Assembly: GCA_004022145.1 (NCBI GenBank)
Contig: RCNU01000001.1
DNA from: Paecilomyces variotii
Taxonomy: Eukaryota
DNA length: 64,000 bases
Strand: one strand, 5' to 3'
The notes under the pieces are model-generated. The model had not been told where the DNA came from, ran no database searches, and saw only the letters and a list, made by a program, of their open reading frames with translations. The position numbers and the translations under genes were made by a program. Below, piece after piece: positions 25,662 through 38,411 of the stretch (position 1 is its first letter; each line of letters begins with the position of its first letter).

Positions 25662-27279
25662 ATGTTCGAGTTTCACGATGAGGCATCACAGCATGAAAAA
25701 TGTTATGTTACCGTCGGCCAGCTTCCTCGCTTCGTGGACCCGAAGCAACCACCAACAAAAAAATCGCCCTTTTCAGCCATTCTTTCCCATTCATACGTAC
25801 ACACGGTATGTTTTGAAGAGCCATTCTGGTTTTTGATCTGTTTCAGAGGAGAGTTTGACTGACTTTTCGCAGACAGAATTGATCTTACCCCGAGAGATCT
25901 ATAACGCGATCTGGGAGTCGGTAGACTCAAAGCTCCAGAGACTCCAATATGCCAAGGTCATACTTCCTCTTTCTTCTTTGCTCGAGGGCGAATTCTTCAA
26001 CAAATATATCAAGACGAGTGCGTCAACCGTCTCCGTATTGACCTAACCAACTTGTTTTCACGTGTTCGATCCTAACTTTCAAAATAGGTGATGTATTAAT
26101 GATTTCTGAGGGACGTTCGGGAGTAGATGATGTGTTTTCTCTCCGCAACGGTGCGTATGTCTTCCCATGTGTCACTTTTGATCGGGACTTTTCTGATCCT
26201 CATATGTACTAGGGATTTTGAGACTTGAACTTGGAAGAGAGTCCTATGAAAAGAGTGGACTTAGCGGGAAACCCATCCGTAGTGGGGGAAGAAAACATGC
26301 AAAGGAGAGGTACCGTACGTGAAACTTATGCTTGCCTTCATTCATGACCGAAAATTAATTCTCCACCAGTCGTTGAGATCAACCTGCGGTTACCATCCAT
26401 GCTGCACGGAAAGAAAGGATTCGAGAGGATTGTTTGGGCATTTAAGAATGCACTCACTACATCGGTTACTTGGTTGTTCTGTGACCTCTCCTCAGAGCCA
26501 AACTATACAGGTCAAGGTAAGAACATACCTTGGCTTCTGACATGTCATTGGTACTGATGGTGACAGGGAGTCCGTTGGAGAAACACCACCCCACCATTGT
26601 CTCTTGCTCTCCATTGCGGAAAGATTATCATGATGTTTTAGTCCCACCAATCGACATGGGAGGTCTTGTAGATGCATCTCAAGACGATGTACAGGACTTA
26701 TGCCAGGAATTCTCAGAATGGATTGCACTTGTCTCGCTAGGCTCACCACGGGTGGTGGCTGGCGATAGTGTAGATCCCTATCTAAGCCGGTACAGCGTGC
26801 CGCAGGTCGAGATCAGTAAACCCTCGGATCTAGTCAGTCTGAAATGGCGCGGCCTCATACCTTCTCATTGGATCAGCCAGTTATTCACGCTATTGCTGTG
26901 AGTATTTCTTTATTCCCCGGTTGACACGCAGATAGATATTCCGGAAATCCTGGGAACTTACCTGAACTCTATCGTGCTTTCCTCATTCGGATGCTGACTT
27001 TCTATATCCCCGATTGGGGTTTATGGTGTTTATAGACGTGAAATGAGCCGTACTTCTACATCAACATTTTGGTTTGCCCTATCCGCTAATTCTCTGGGAA
27101 GAGAAGCCGTTGAAAGCAAAGATGGCTATACAATAATATCGTTACCCTCGACGCTTGGTCCCAAAGAAACCCCGAGTGATGGCCTTGTCCCAGGGGAAGG
27201 ACAACCAGTGAATGAAGGCTCTAGGCAGGAGCGACACTTCATTTGTTGTGAGTATGTCGGCGCATCAATATGTACATAG
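25662..27279 (+). CDS. RPP40: RNase P/MRP protein subunit Rpp40
   Basis: About 7 exons read by hand. LRLELGRESYEKSGLSG, VEINLRLPSMLHGKKGFERIVWAFKN, EWIALVSLGSPRV..DSVDPYLSRY, WRGLIP. Confidence 0.85.
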
Positions 27280-27636
27280 AAGCGAAAGCTAGAGCTGCCC
27301 CATACGGGCCCGTGGATTTGATGGTGCTCGAGAGGCCCCTTCATTGCAAAGGGACGTATTGATGATGATTCTAGCTCTAGGTAGCAAGCCATCTGTTGAA
27401 GGCCTGAATGCCTGTAACTCATTTCTGGTCCCTTCTCCTGCAAAAAGTTCTCTCCACACTTCTCATCTATCTTTATTTCCATTCATCTCTATCCACCAGT
27501 CACTTGCTGCATTGCATCTTTATCATTCGTTTCCAAACATCCAAAAGGAAATCCACTGTTCGCTACTCACACATACGAGCATAAGTCTGCATATACCGAC
27601 ACAGATTCTCATAAGCAGCGTATCATAACTGCCAGC

Positions 27637-28920
27637 ATGGACACTGATCTTTTAACCTGCAATCCGACCGACATCTTTAATCCCTTCGACTCGGACCTTC
27701 CATTCTACGCTGTCCCTGAAGCCAGTGAGGATATCTTTTTCTCTCTTTCCGACGAAGACTTTATCTGCCAGTTCGACCGGGCCCCCGACGAGTCACCTCA
27801 ACAAACGGCTGAAGAACCCGCCTGTCCACTCGAGAAAGAGACCCTTCCTTCAGAAGTTGCCAGTGACCAGCAGCTGAACAACTGCCAAAATGCGGACGAT
27901 TCTTTCACGTCCGACTTTTTCGACAGTGCCTTCTGGAACCTCGATAATCTTGACAGTAAGTATATTGATCTTATTATCTGATGATCCCAGCATCTGCTTC
28001 ACTTATCATCTATTTATTTCAGCCTGCTTGTCCGTACACTTGAGATGTTATTCATCGTCAGTGCCGTCATTCTTTTAGAAGCACTGACTTAAGGCTGAAT
28101 AGTTCCTGAATCATTCCCGGATATCATTCCGGAACCCGCACAAGGCACAACACCTCAAGCAAACACAACAGTGGACGGAGAGATATTCAATTCTGGAAGC
28201 CGCCCGCCTTCCCCCGGGACTCAAGACTCAGCCGATACATTTATTGTTGACTCGCCTCGCGCTGCCGAAAGTCATCCTGCTGACCCGGAAGAACCTCCTC
28301 GAAAACGGACAAGACACAGGAGAAAACAAATCATCCCTGCAGGAATTTCTTATAACGAGCTCGCTGGCTCTGTCGCCACTACTGAGCCTACACCTTCTTC
28401 GCCGGTTCCTCAGCAGACTCCGGTACACCAAAATACGGTACAAGCAGCAGTCCATTCGGTGCCATCGGACCCCGTTTTCAACCCCAACTTCGGTATTAGC
28501 CAGCTGGCTTTGGCCCTCCAGAACTTCGGGCAGACACTGATGTCCTACCATAACCTGGGACTCAACAATTCGGCTCCTCCTCAGGTCATACCTCTGCCAC
28601 TGGTGCTACCGACACCTTGCGCCAGTCAATTCGCAAATCTAGTACCAAATTCGACCTTCCCAACGCAGACATCATATGCTTCCATTCCAGTTTCGAGGAG
28701 ACCGCCGGTGCCAAACCGGCCAGTTATCGATCTCACGACAACCTCTCATAGTCAATCTGCCGCACGTTCTCGCCCGCGCCCTGTTCAGCAGTTCACATTC
28801 GCGGAGACCTCAGTGCCAGAGAGCTTTGTCGCCAATCCAAACAACCACGGAAGGTGGCAGATCGACGAATCCGGAAGACGCCATTACCTCAATGGGCCCA
28901 GAAACAGGCGTCCCCACTAA
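27637..28920 (+). CDS. Hypothetical protein (acidic N-terminus, NLS-like basic patch, P/Q-rich)
   Basis: Exons 27637-27955 and 28103-28920 join in frame through a GTAAGT..TAG intron with a CTGAC branch site. No recognisable domain. Confidence 0.7.
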
Positions 28921-29833
28921 ATACACCATTTCGAACACCGGCATTGATACTCGACCTCAGACAACTGCAAACCACCCTTTTTCAGAATTAATGGGAGCCG
29001 AATTTGCCTGCACACATCACACCGAAGTCTTAGCAGGAAGGCGAACAAAAAGGCAGGGACCTGATATGAGGTTTTTACCACCGATGCAGCCACAACACGC
29101 TTTACTCCTGGTGGAATATGTGTAAGGTGTAATGCCGTTGTTGTCACACAAGAACCATCGCGTGGACGTTTCCCTCATTATCTCGCGAAGCACACCGAGC
29201 GAGCCGAATGGCAGGTCTTTGAAGTACTCTTCTTTCCCTCGTCAATTGGGGAACTACTCGCGAAGAGGAAAACGTGCCTATATATAGTACAGATCTTGTT
29301 GTATGGAGTTTGGATTTCATCTGCGTTATTCATTTGGGCCTGTATTGATTGGTGATTTTCAGCATATGTTTTTCTTGGGTTATTGAGATCAGGAAAAGGT
29401 GACATTTATCAGTCATACATGTAATTTGTATCACAAGAAACTGCATTCTGCATACCTACAATGCCTACATTTTTATTTCAATTCTCCTTATAAATATGAA
29501 TTCCCGTACAGAAGTAGGCTGGGCTCTGATCTACTGTTTCAAGAAAGGACCTCTTCAACTAATAGTGCCGTTTCATGGCATCTTAATGCTTAGTGATTCC
29601 AGCAAGCTATAGCGACCCGATACTCCAAGATAGCGTAGTAAAGCATATACAAAATTCTCGCCAGGAAACGCCAGGCAGCATATATCTTGCGCAGACACCA
29701 AAGGGACAAGTGACAAAGAAAAAGACCCATCCAGAATACAATACACCCATCCCAGCCAATCCGATCCAGACTATTATGCCCATAAGAAGGGCAACATATA
29801 AATAAATAGTGTTCAATACCGTTATCCATGATC

Positions 29834-32800
29834 TCAGCCGATCACATCATTCATCATATCACGCAGTATAGGTCTTTGCCGCATAATCTTCTCCGCATCC
29901 ATCATCTTGGCGCCTCGTTTTTCCGGTTTCCTGATCCCCTTTGGTGCCTGTCGGGGCTGAACCGGGCTCAGGGGATTTCGCGGGCCTTTCTTTTGGGAAG
30001 GGTTTGACTTCGGTTGTTCTGGAGAAGACAACGGCCGTTGGGTCTGCGAGAGGCTAATGTCGTAATCGTCGAAAAGGTGGTCGGAGACGGCATCCTTGGG
30101 AAGGTCATATACCCATCCACGGTCTGAGACCAGTTTCACGTATTTGCCAAGTAACTCGTTCCCGTCACGGAGTGTGCTCATGCTGCCGACGACGAGGAGC
30201 TTGGTTCGTGCTCTGGTGAATGCGACGTTGACGCGGCGCCAGTCGCGGAGGAGTTCGCCGACGTTCTTGTCGGGGTTGCTGCGCACGCAGCTGAGGATGA
30301 TTACCTCTTTATCGCGTCCTTGGAATTTATCCGCAGTGTGCATTTCGAGGTCAGGTAGGTGATGACGGAGGTTCTGTTTAAGCAGCGAGAGCTGACTGCG
30401 GTAGAAAGTGATCACGCCTATGTCGCGTGCCTCTATACCAGCGGAAATGAAGGATTCTACGAGCTGCGCGCAGACGTTGGCTTCAACTGCATTTACAATG
30501 CGAGAGCCATTGGCGGTCTCGAGAGCTCGGGGTTCAAGCGTGTCGGTGTTGACAAGACGTGTCTTGGCTGAAGGTTCGAGGAGATCTCGCAGCCAGCAGC
30601 GACCTTGTGCGGTGCCCAAGCATAGAGACTTCTGAGATGGGATGTCCGTCAATGAGTTGACGTGATGCTTTTTCAGCCCACCCATGTCAGGAATACGCAG
30701 GGAACGCGATGCGACCTCTGGTGTGCCGCACTTGAGGTGACCGGAGTAGATCAGGGTGTTGGAAAGTAACATGATCTCTTCACACATGCGGTATTGGTGC
30801 TCGAGGTTGACGACGGACGATGGATGAGCATCGGAAAGAAGCTTGAACAGACTGACATCAAGTCCTCCTTCTTGTGCTTCTTTGTTCTGAACAAGGGGCG
30901 GTAGCTGGTAGTGGTCACCAACTAGGATGAAAGTCCTTGCCATGCGAATAGGCCCCAGACAAACGGGCAACGTGATCTGGGATGCCTCATCAACAATACA
31001 GTAGTCGAAAATACGTTCTTTGAAGATTGTGTGGTTGACGCCTAGGCATGTTGTAGCCACCACTCGAGACTGTTCATACGACTCTTGGAGCTCCTCAATT
31101 GTCTTCTTTGGAACTGCTGCCAGATCAGCGAACTGCTGGACCTCCGGATGTACCTTGGCAGTGGCTCCGATTCGCAGAATACGGATGTTATCATCCTTGA
31201 TCTTAAGCAAGATATTGTCAACCGCAGTGTGCGTGTAGGACGTTAACAGCACACTCTTCCCCTGAGTGACAAGGGCACGGATAATATGAGCGATGGTTGT
31301 TGTTTTGCCTGTACCGGGCATTCCGAGCACAAGAGCATAGTCTTTTGCACTCATGACCTTCTCAATCGCTTGTTTCTGGTCGACGTTGAGACTCTCCCGG
31401 ACCGATTGAGACATTGTATAAGCACTCGACGTTTGCTTGAAGGATGGCGGTTCCCCTTCAATGATAAGCCTCCTAAGTTGTCTGGCCTGAAATAAATCCT
31501 TTTCCATCATACAGATGATATTGTTTCGAACCGTTGCCATTCCATTACTGAACTCGTCTTTGTCAAGTCGATATAAGACCTGCTCATCTGGCTCAATAGG
31601 CGTGACGTTTTTGGCATCTGCTACCCTTGAGACTTCCATGATACCCTTGAACGTCTGGTTACGTTCTGCATCAAACCCTGGCTCTCGTGTTCGGGCATTG
31701 TGCAGCCTTCGATCGACCGCAACAGTTATGCGCCTTGGACTAATTTTCACGACGTATCCGTTTGCAAGTGCAAAGTGACCCCTCTCATCCGAGATCACGA
31801 TTGGCTCTCCCAGTGTGATCTGAGATTCGCCGAAGGAGAAGCCTGGAGGTGCGTTCTGTTTGACGAAAGTATATCGAAATCGATTGATCTTGGGCCCATT
31901 TGATTCTTCATAGGCAGATCCAGGTTCGATCACCACATTGCTGAAGCATCTGCCGAGTGACTCGCGCTCAGTGCTCAGCATAGTCCAGAGCTCTCGTCGG
32001 AATCTCATCATGTGCTTCTCTTCTTTCGTCAGGAGCAGGTCCCATTTCCTGAAGAAGTCTTGATGCGGCTTCGTCAAGTGGCCCACAACCTCCAGAAACT
32101 TATCGCCTAAACCGCTAGTTTCACCATCTCCATCATCGACCAGTTTGTGATAGATGAAGCAAGAAGTCTTCGAGTAGCATTGGTTGCACAAACCCGGCCT
32201 TTTGATCATCGGGGGCAGCTCAAACCTTTCTCGGACAAAGCCTGCCAGCCGGTTCCGTGCCTGGATCATCTGCAGGATTTCATGTCGAATACGACGGATG
32301 CGGAACGTTTTCGCGGTCTCCAGGTAATAGAGGATACCGAAAGTGACTTCAATATCTGCTGGCCAATTAATGTCCGCTGTGCGGAAACAATGGGAAGGGG
32401 AGGCACAAACCGTAGCGGTCAGAGAGAAGCAATGTGTAGAGAGCCGTTTGTGCTCTATGCGCCTGATTTGAGTCCTTTCGACCGGTTTTGAGTTCCAGGG
32501 GAACCGTGAGAGTGGCATGATCATTACCGTCGGTGTAGGCTATTTGAACAGTGGCATCGATGTTTCCTTTTAATCCGTACATAGGAGACCACACATGTTC
32601 TTCGACCTCAAGCAGTTTGTTGATGCTCAAGGAAGCCTTGGTATTATGACGATCCTCAACCACAGACTCGGCCTAGGTTCAAATCAGTCATGGATCAAAA
32701 GTGGGGATGTGAAGCTGGGATTTCGTACGGTTGGTTTAGCTCTGAGAAAAATATCCGCCCAAGCTCTCAAGTCTGGCATTTTGCTCATGACATGGTCGAA

Positions 32801-34982
32801 AGCTTCTGACATACTGGTATGCGTAGCATATAAGCTATCGACGTAGCCGGCGAGGATATCCTGAACGGTTTTCTGTAGCCAGCTCAAGTCCCAGCGGTTG
32901 GCTCTCAAAGCAGTCTGGAAGACCTCATGAAATATGTTCCCGTATACTTGAGGTTTGCCTAGGTCGCTTGCGGATTTGATACGGTCCTGAAGAACAGCTC
33001 TCCGTTGGCAACTAATTGCGTCTGCAACGACAGTCGCGGAAATGAGGTGGTCCGGATGAAGAATAATCATGTTGTTGGAGTTGTCGACAACGCAAACTCC
33101 GGCAGCAGTGAACTCTCCGATCAAATGGACGTACGAGCCTTTTGTGCAAGGAGTGTCAAACCAAGACTCTCGGAGGTGTATGACATGTTTCTGATTAGTC
33201 CTCTCGTCTTGAACTAACAGAATCTGACAGAGAATTAGTTGGTATCAGGGCGATCTGTGGAGTAATTGGGTGGGCTAACCTGCTCTGGTTGTACACGTCC
33301 ATTGTGGGTAGTATACATGTTCTCAGTAATACTAATGACAAGATACCGTTTAATAGCCTGCTTGGCTCTATGGATCTATAGACAGACGACTTAGCAGATA
33401 CCTAATATATAACTGGCTAAGGGCAACCGACTTGACCTGGACCATCTCCGCTGGCCTGCAGCATGGACGATTCTATCGCTTCTAGATCAAAATCTTCATC
33501 TTCGAACTCATCCTCCGAAGATCCTTTGCCCTGGTTTATAGCTGGCCCGTTCCCCTTTCCATTACCCTTGTCATCTATAACTGCAGCTGCAGGAACGTCA
33601 CTTTTGAATGAATCGGCCGTGAATCGTACTCTCTTGGGAGTTTTAGTCTTAGCAGGCACATCCTGCCTGTCATATTGAGCGAGTATCTCCTCCATCCCAT
33701 CCGGAAACTCGTCATCATCATCAAATTCGTCATGGTCATCGACGTGTACAGCAGAATCTGCTGTCACGAGGTTGGCGGCGCCTTGTGTAGTTTCTGTCGT
33801 GCCTGACACGTTGACTGGCAAGCCTGGAGCAATTTCCGCTCCCGTTTCGACATCGTCCACTGCTGGGACGACGGGGGCATCTACCGCCGTTTCTGCCAAG
33901 TCAAGGAGATCCTGATCCAAGTCATCGTCTCCAAAGTCAGAAGACGATTCTTCGAGTATAACGGCTGAGCCCTGTGGCTTCTCAGGAGTACCGATCCGAT
34001 TGCCCTTCTCTATCACTCTGTTCCTTCTTCCTTCTGCGGGAGACGGCGACCGGTTTCGCAACACAGCCATGGGCTCCTGTGCGGGAAACGAGTCCGACGA
34101 TGCCTTGCGAGCTCTTGAGCTCCTCTCCAGATTCTCTTGTATCTGCCCAACCAGGAAACTAATCTTCGACTTCGAGCTACCCGAATCAAGGACATTACTC
34201 CTCGACCGAGAGAAGATATTCCGAGCCTTGCGTGTTTCTTCATCCGTGCATAGTTTCCTCCTTTTCGCTTTCGAACTCGGCCAGTCGTCAGTGCAGCTGT
34301 TCGACCTCCTCAAGCCTGAAGAGTCGCGGGTTGTCTTGGCGGAGCCAGGAGTCTGTGGTGAAGAAGAAAGAAGGTTGGCCCAGCGCGGCGGTGGAAGTTC
34401 AACTTTGCCAGTACCCGTGGTCTTTTCGACGTAGTTATTCCATAGATCGGCAGCCATGTCATTCTGTGGCGTCCTCAGAAGAGACTGAAACTTCTGCATA
34501 TCGAAAGGTTCTTTGATCGGTGAACTAATCGGAGGAGAGGAGCTGTGACGACGCTTTTTCCCCCGAGTCGCTGGCGTCCCGTCGTACTCTGCACCGGAGC
34601 TTCGAGGCACATGCTGCCAAAAGACATGGTCATCTGGCGTGAGTTCCTTTCCTGGAGCGGAATTGACGGCATCTTCCATATTGCTGATGAGATCCGCTAA
34701 CGGAATTCTATTCGCCGGTGTATGCGGACATTCCTTTGCCAGTTTAACCTCTTTTGTTTGCGTCGACGGTTCAGTTTTGGTTTCTTGCGAGTGTGCTGGC
34801 TGTACGACACCATTCACCCATGAGCTCTGATTCTCCTTGTCTGCGTTCCCGGCTGCGAGGGCGGCCTTCGAGGGAGACTGCTTCTCGGATTGCGGTTCAT
34901 CCTTGTTGTCTGTATACCGGAAGGCATTGAGTTTTGATCGGGCAGTAGATGAGACCTGGAGGGGCCTTGGATTTGCGGCCAT
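29834..34982 (-). CDS. DNA2: DNA replication helicase/nuclease Dna2
   Basis: Five exons. CQRRAVL and C..C.....C Fe-S ligands, GLKGNIDAT / LELKTG nuclease motifs, GMPGTGKTT, DEASQ, LVGDHYQLPP, DKFQGRDKE, NVAFTRAR. Confidence 0.96.
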
Positions 34983-35275
34983 GGTGGGAGCCCTTCAGCA
35001 GTTCAATTCGAAGCGCAATAGGTATACATTGGTGGAGACCTTGTAGCCTGAGGTGAGTAGTGAGGACAGCTGAGGAGATGCGCTCTCTGTAGATTACCTG
35101 AAAGAGGATATGCGAATGACAAGGAAGGTGTGTTGGCTGGGGATATCACGTATCATGCATGCCATACACACTGACATGTGCCTAGCTTTTGTGAGGTTAT
35201 GTTAGACAGTGGTTGTCTGCAATCTCCCTGCCTATTGTTCCTGTTTACTCTGGATAGATACAGCTGCCGCCATGG

Positions 35276-35290
35276 ACGCGTCCTTCGCGT
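35276..35290. promoter_or_regulatory. MCB-like elements upstream of DNA2
   Basis: ACGCGT at 35276-35281 and TCGCGT at 35285-35290, ~300 bp upstream of the ATG. MCB boxes are the known G1/S element in ascomycetes. Confidence 0.5.
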
Positions 35291-36035
35291 CTGGCGTATT
35301 CCTGCCTGAGGCATGCACTAGTTATTCCCACTCCGGGCATAAGTGATGTGGCCTGAGGCAACAAAAAAATCCCAAAGAGATGAACAGAAGAGTATCATTT
35401 TCGCATACAATAATAATCATATTTCTCTGTTTAACTCGCAGCACTTCCTCTTAGCATCATGGACAATGAATTAGCCTGTTTACATGGCAACCAACTGTCA
35501 TCTACTGTTCACCATGTGAAATGCAGAAATAAGAAGCACAATGGATGGAATAAGATAGACAATAAGACAAAGAAAGAGTACACCACACGATAATTGTTCA
35601 TCTTGGGCCCTCTAGACAGACAGCCATGACAACTAATTATAATAATAACATGAAGGGCTAACTATCTCTGTAGTCCAGCTTCTTCTTAACTTCTAAGCGG
35701 TTGCCGGATCGCAAGCGGCTCAAGGCTCAGATGACCCAGATCGGAGAGGCGGATCCCGACCCGACGTTCGCTCCTAGCTTCATCGGCCTTTTGCTGCTCT
35801 CAACGACAACGACAGCCCATCCAAACCACCCCCTCCGTCTTACCCTGCGGCTCCCCACGACAGGAGCTCTGTCTGCCAGTCAGTCAATTGAGCTGACTGC
35901 TCCCTCGCTGGTCGAAGAGGCTCCTCATCACGAGCGTTCTTTTGTCACGACAAACTCTGCTGCGCCGCCCCCCCGCATCCGTCATAGGATTCATCGCCCG
36001 TGGCCACCGTCAATTCTTTCGCACACATTGCCAAC

Positions 36036-36509
36036 ATGCCTGCTCGACCTGTCTCCCTGTCTCTTCGAACTCGCTGCCTCTTGAGGCGTCCCCAGAACGC
36101 CCAGGGCTTCTCGACGCGGAGCACCCTGCGCGCCGCTGACCATGGCGACCACTACGACCCGCCCGGTGGATATCTCTTCGGAGTGAAGCCTGGTCACAAG
36201 TACGTCAAGGAGGGCTGGGAGAACATCTGGTACTATGGCTTCGTCGGAAGCTTGGTCGCAGCTGGTGTCGCATACGTTTTCAAGCCGGACACATCGTATG
36301 TCAACCCTTTCTTTCGACCCATCGCCCCTAGCCTGCCGTTACCCTGCAGGGTCCAGCTTATTGAGTTTTGATGGGATCGATGATACACTGGACTGGAGAA
36401 TATAGAAACTGACAATCTGGTTGCTTATAGGATACAAACATGGGCTCTTGAGGAGGCGCGGAGAAGACTGGAAGCCGAAGGCATCTTGGAGGACCCGAAC
36501 AAGCAGTAG
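36036..36509 (+). CDS. NADH:ubiquinone oxidoreductase ESSS subunit (NDUFB11-like)
   Basis: Exons 36036-36295 and 36431-36509. Presequence, then HYDPPGGYLFG..KEGWENIWY, a TM helix and KPDTSIQTWALEEARRRLE. Confidence 0.9.
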
Positions 36510-37001
36510 CGGCCATGATGTATGCGATCCATCAATGACACTGGAGGATTTTTCATGTTCAGGGAAGCGCTGCCAATGGAACCGACTTGCTCGATACTAA
36601 GCCCCTTGGAGACGGAATAGAAAACTGCTTTGTATATAGATGCCAGGTGGGAGGTCTAATGTGCTCGCAGCACTCTATGGTCCGGATGTTCATGCGCGAG
36701 ACCAACATTAGCCTTTTGTTGCATTCTTTTTCTTTCCTAATTTTCTACGCCTAGCATGTGCTTTATTAGAACTGCAGAAACTGTTTTCAACTAGTCCATG
36801 CAAATGGTTTGGAAACCAGCTGATCATAATCGTGCATCTTATGCCCTCTACCGATGTAATATTAGGTCCTGCATGCTTGAGTCTCCTGAGATAGCACCAT
36901 AAGGGGGGAATTGCAAGACCATTCGAAGTACAGCGCTAGGATCGATTATCGAACATGGTAACATCAGATCTATAGGTGGAAATATGGACGTCTACTACGT
37001 A

Positions 37002-38088
37002 TTACACTTCCGGATACACGTCCGTTCTCCTAAGCAGCGGCATCTCCGTTCTAATCTTCGTGATCAGATCGAGATCGATCTCCGCAGTTGCAATCTCAGG
37101 CTCCTTGTACTCGCCTCCAAGCTTGGCCACGACTTCGCCCCAGGGGTTGACGATCATCGAATGACCGTAGCTTATCCGCTTTTCATTATGAGGTCCAGCC
37201 TGCGCTGCTGCAATTACGTAAGACTGAGTTTCAATCGCTCTGGCACGCAGTAGAGCTTCCCAATGTGCTTTGCCCGTTGGGACGGTAAAAGCGGAAGGGT
37301 ACGTGATGATATGTGCGTTCTGGCGCTTGAGAGCAAGGCTGATTTCAGGGAATCGTAGCTGCCTGCTATCAGTATTATACTCGCTACAGTGCAGGATTGG
37401 ATGGACTTCTTCTAGAGAAGGGCTTACATCAAAACATATAGCCAATCCGACGCGCCCCAAGGACGTCTCAAACGGTGGTAAGATCTCCATTCCCTTTTCA
37501 ACGCTCCTAGTCGAGAAATCAGTCCACAGATCTCTGCATATAGATGGGCTCACTGGTGTATAAATCTGCGTACGTGCTCTCTTTTAAGACTGGACCATCT
37601 TTGATTTCAACATCGAAAAGATGGATTTTTTGATAGCGCTGCGAAATCTCGCCATCTTCGTCGATCCATATCAATGTATTCTTCACTTTCTTACCGCCCT
37701 GTGCGGGCTCATGGATACCGACATTGATCGGCAATTTGGATTGTCTGGCTTCTCGCTGGAGACCTAAAACAAATTCACTCTCCTGGACTGAGCGAACTAG
37801 CGATAAACTCTCAGCTGCGGAAGAGCTGATATAGTCTGAAGCTTCCGGAAGGAAGAGGGCCTGATGACTTCTTAGGAGGATGACTCAAAATACATAATCA
37901 GTACGTTGAACGTGAAACAGTACCTTTGCACCAGCGGCAACTGCTTTTCGGACAAGGACCTGGCATTGAGCAAGATTGCTAGCCATGCTCGCTGTCGAGC
38001 ATAGCTGTCCCACGGCCTATCAGATGTATTGGTCAGCGATTTGGCACAAGAAGAGCTGGACATGGAACAAACGTACTGCAATCGCCAT
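37002..38088 (-). CDS. Nitrilase-superfamily amidase (Nit1/Nit2, deaminated-glutathione amidase-like)
   Basis: 12-nt first exon (MAIA). LFLPEASD (Glu), YQKIHLFDV (Lys), GLAICFDLRFPE (Cys), PSAFTVPTGKAHWE, RARAIETQ, SYGHS. Confidence 0.92.
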
Positions 38089-38411
38089 TGTACTAGAGTA
38101 TATAGAGACAATTCAATAAATTCTTTTTCGAAGTAGGAGCTCTCCTGATCTTGTAGGATACTATTGATGGATTACTTAGCGCAGGAGGGGCCTTGGTAGG
38201 TAGTTGATAACCATCTGGGTACGTCGGCAGAGTTTCCCGATTTGGGTGGAAATATTTCATCTGCGATCCCCACGCCGACAGCTTCGACAGCCCACGCAAC
38301 GAAAGCTCCGAACGAACAGGACGACGCCTATTCTCCCGAGGCAGCTTCTGGTCTGAGTCAGATTTAAACTTGGTGCGCAGCTTATCAGCTGCTTTCTATC
38401 AGAAAGAAAAG

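Noticed and set aside
32356..32362. CAGCAG tandem acceptor in a DNA2 intron
   Set aside because: At most a one-residue difference; a common occurrence.
6775..38088. HIT and Nit genes in one window, recalling the NitFhit fusion
   Set aside because: They are 30 kb apart with unrelated genes between, and the HIT protein looks Hint-type rather than Fhit.
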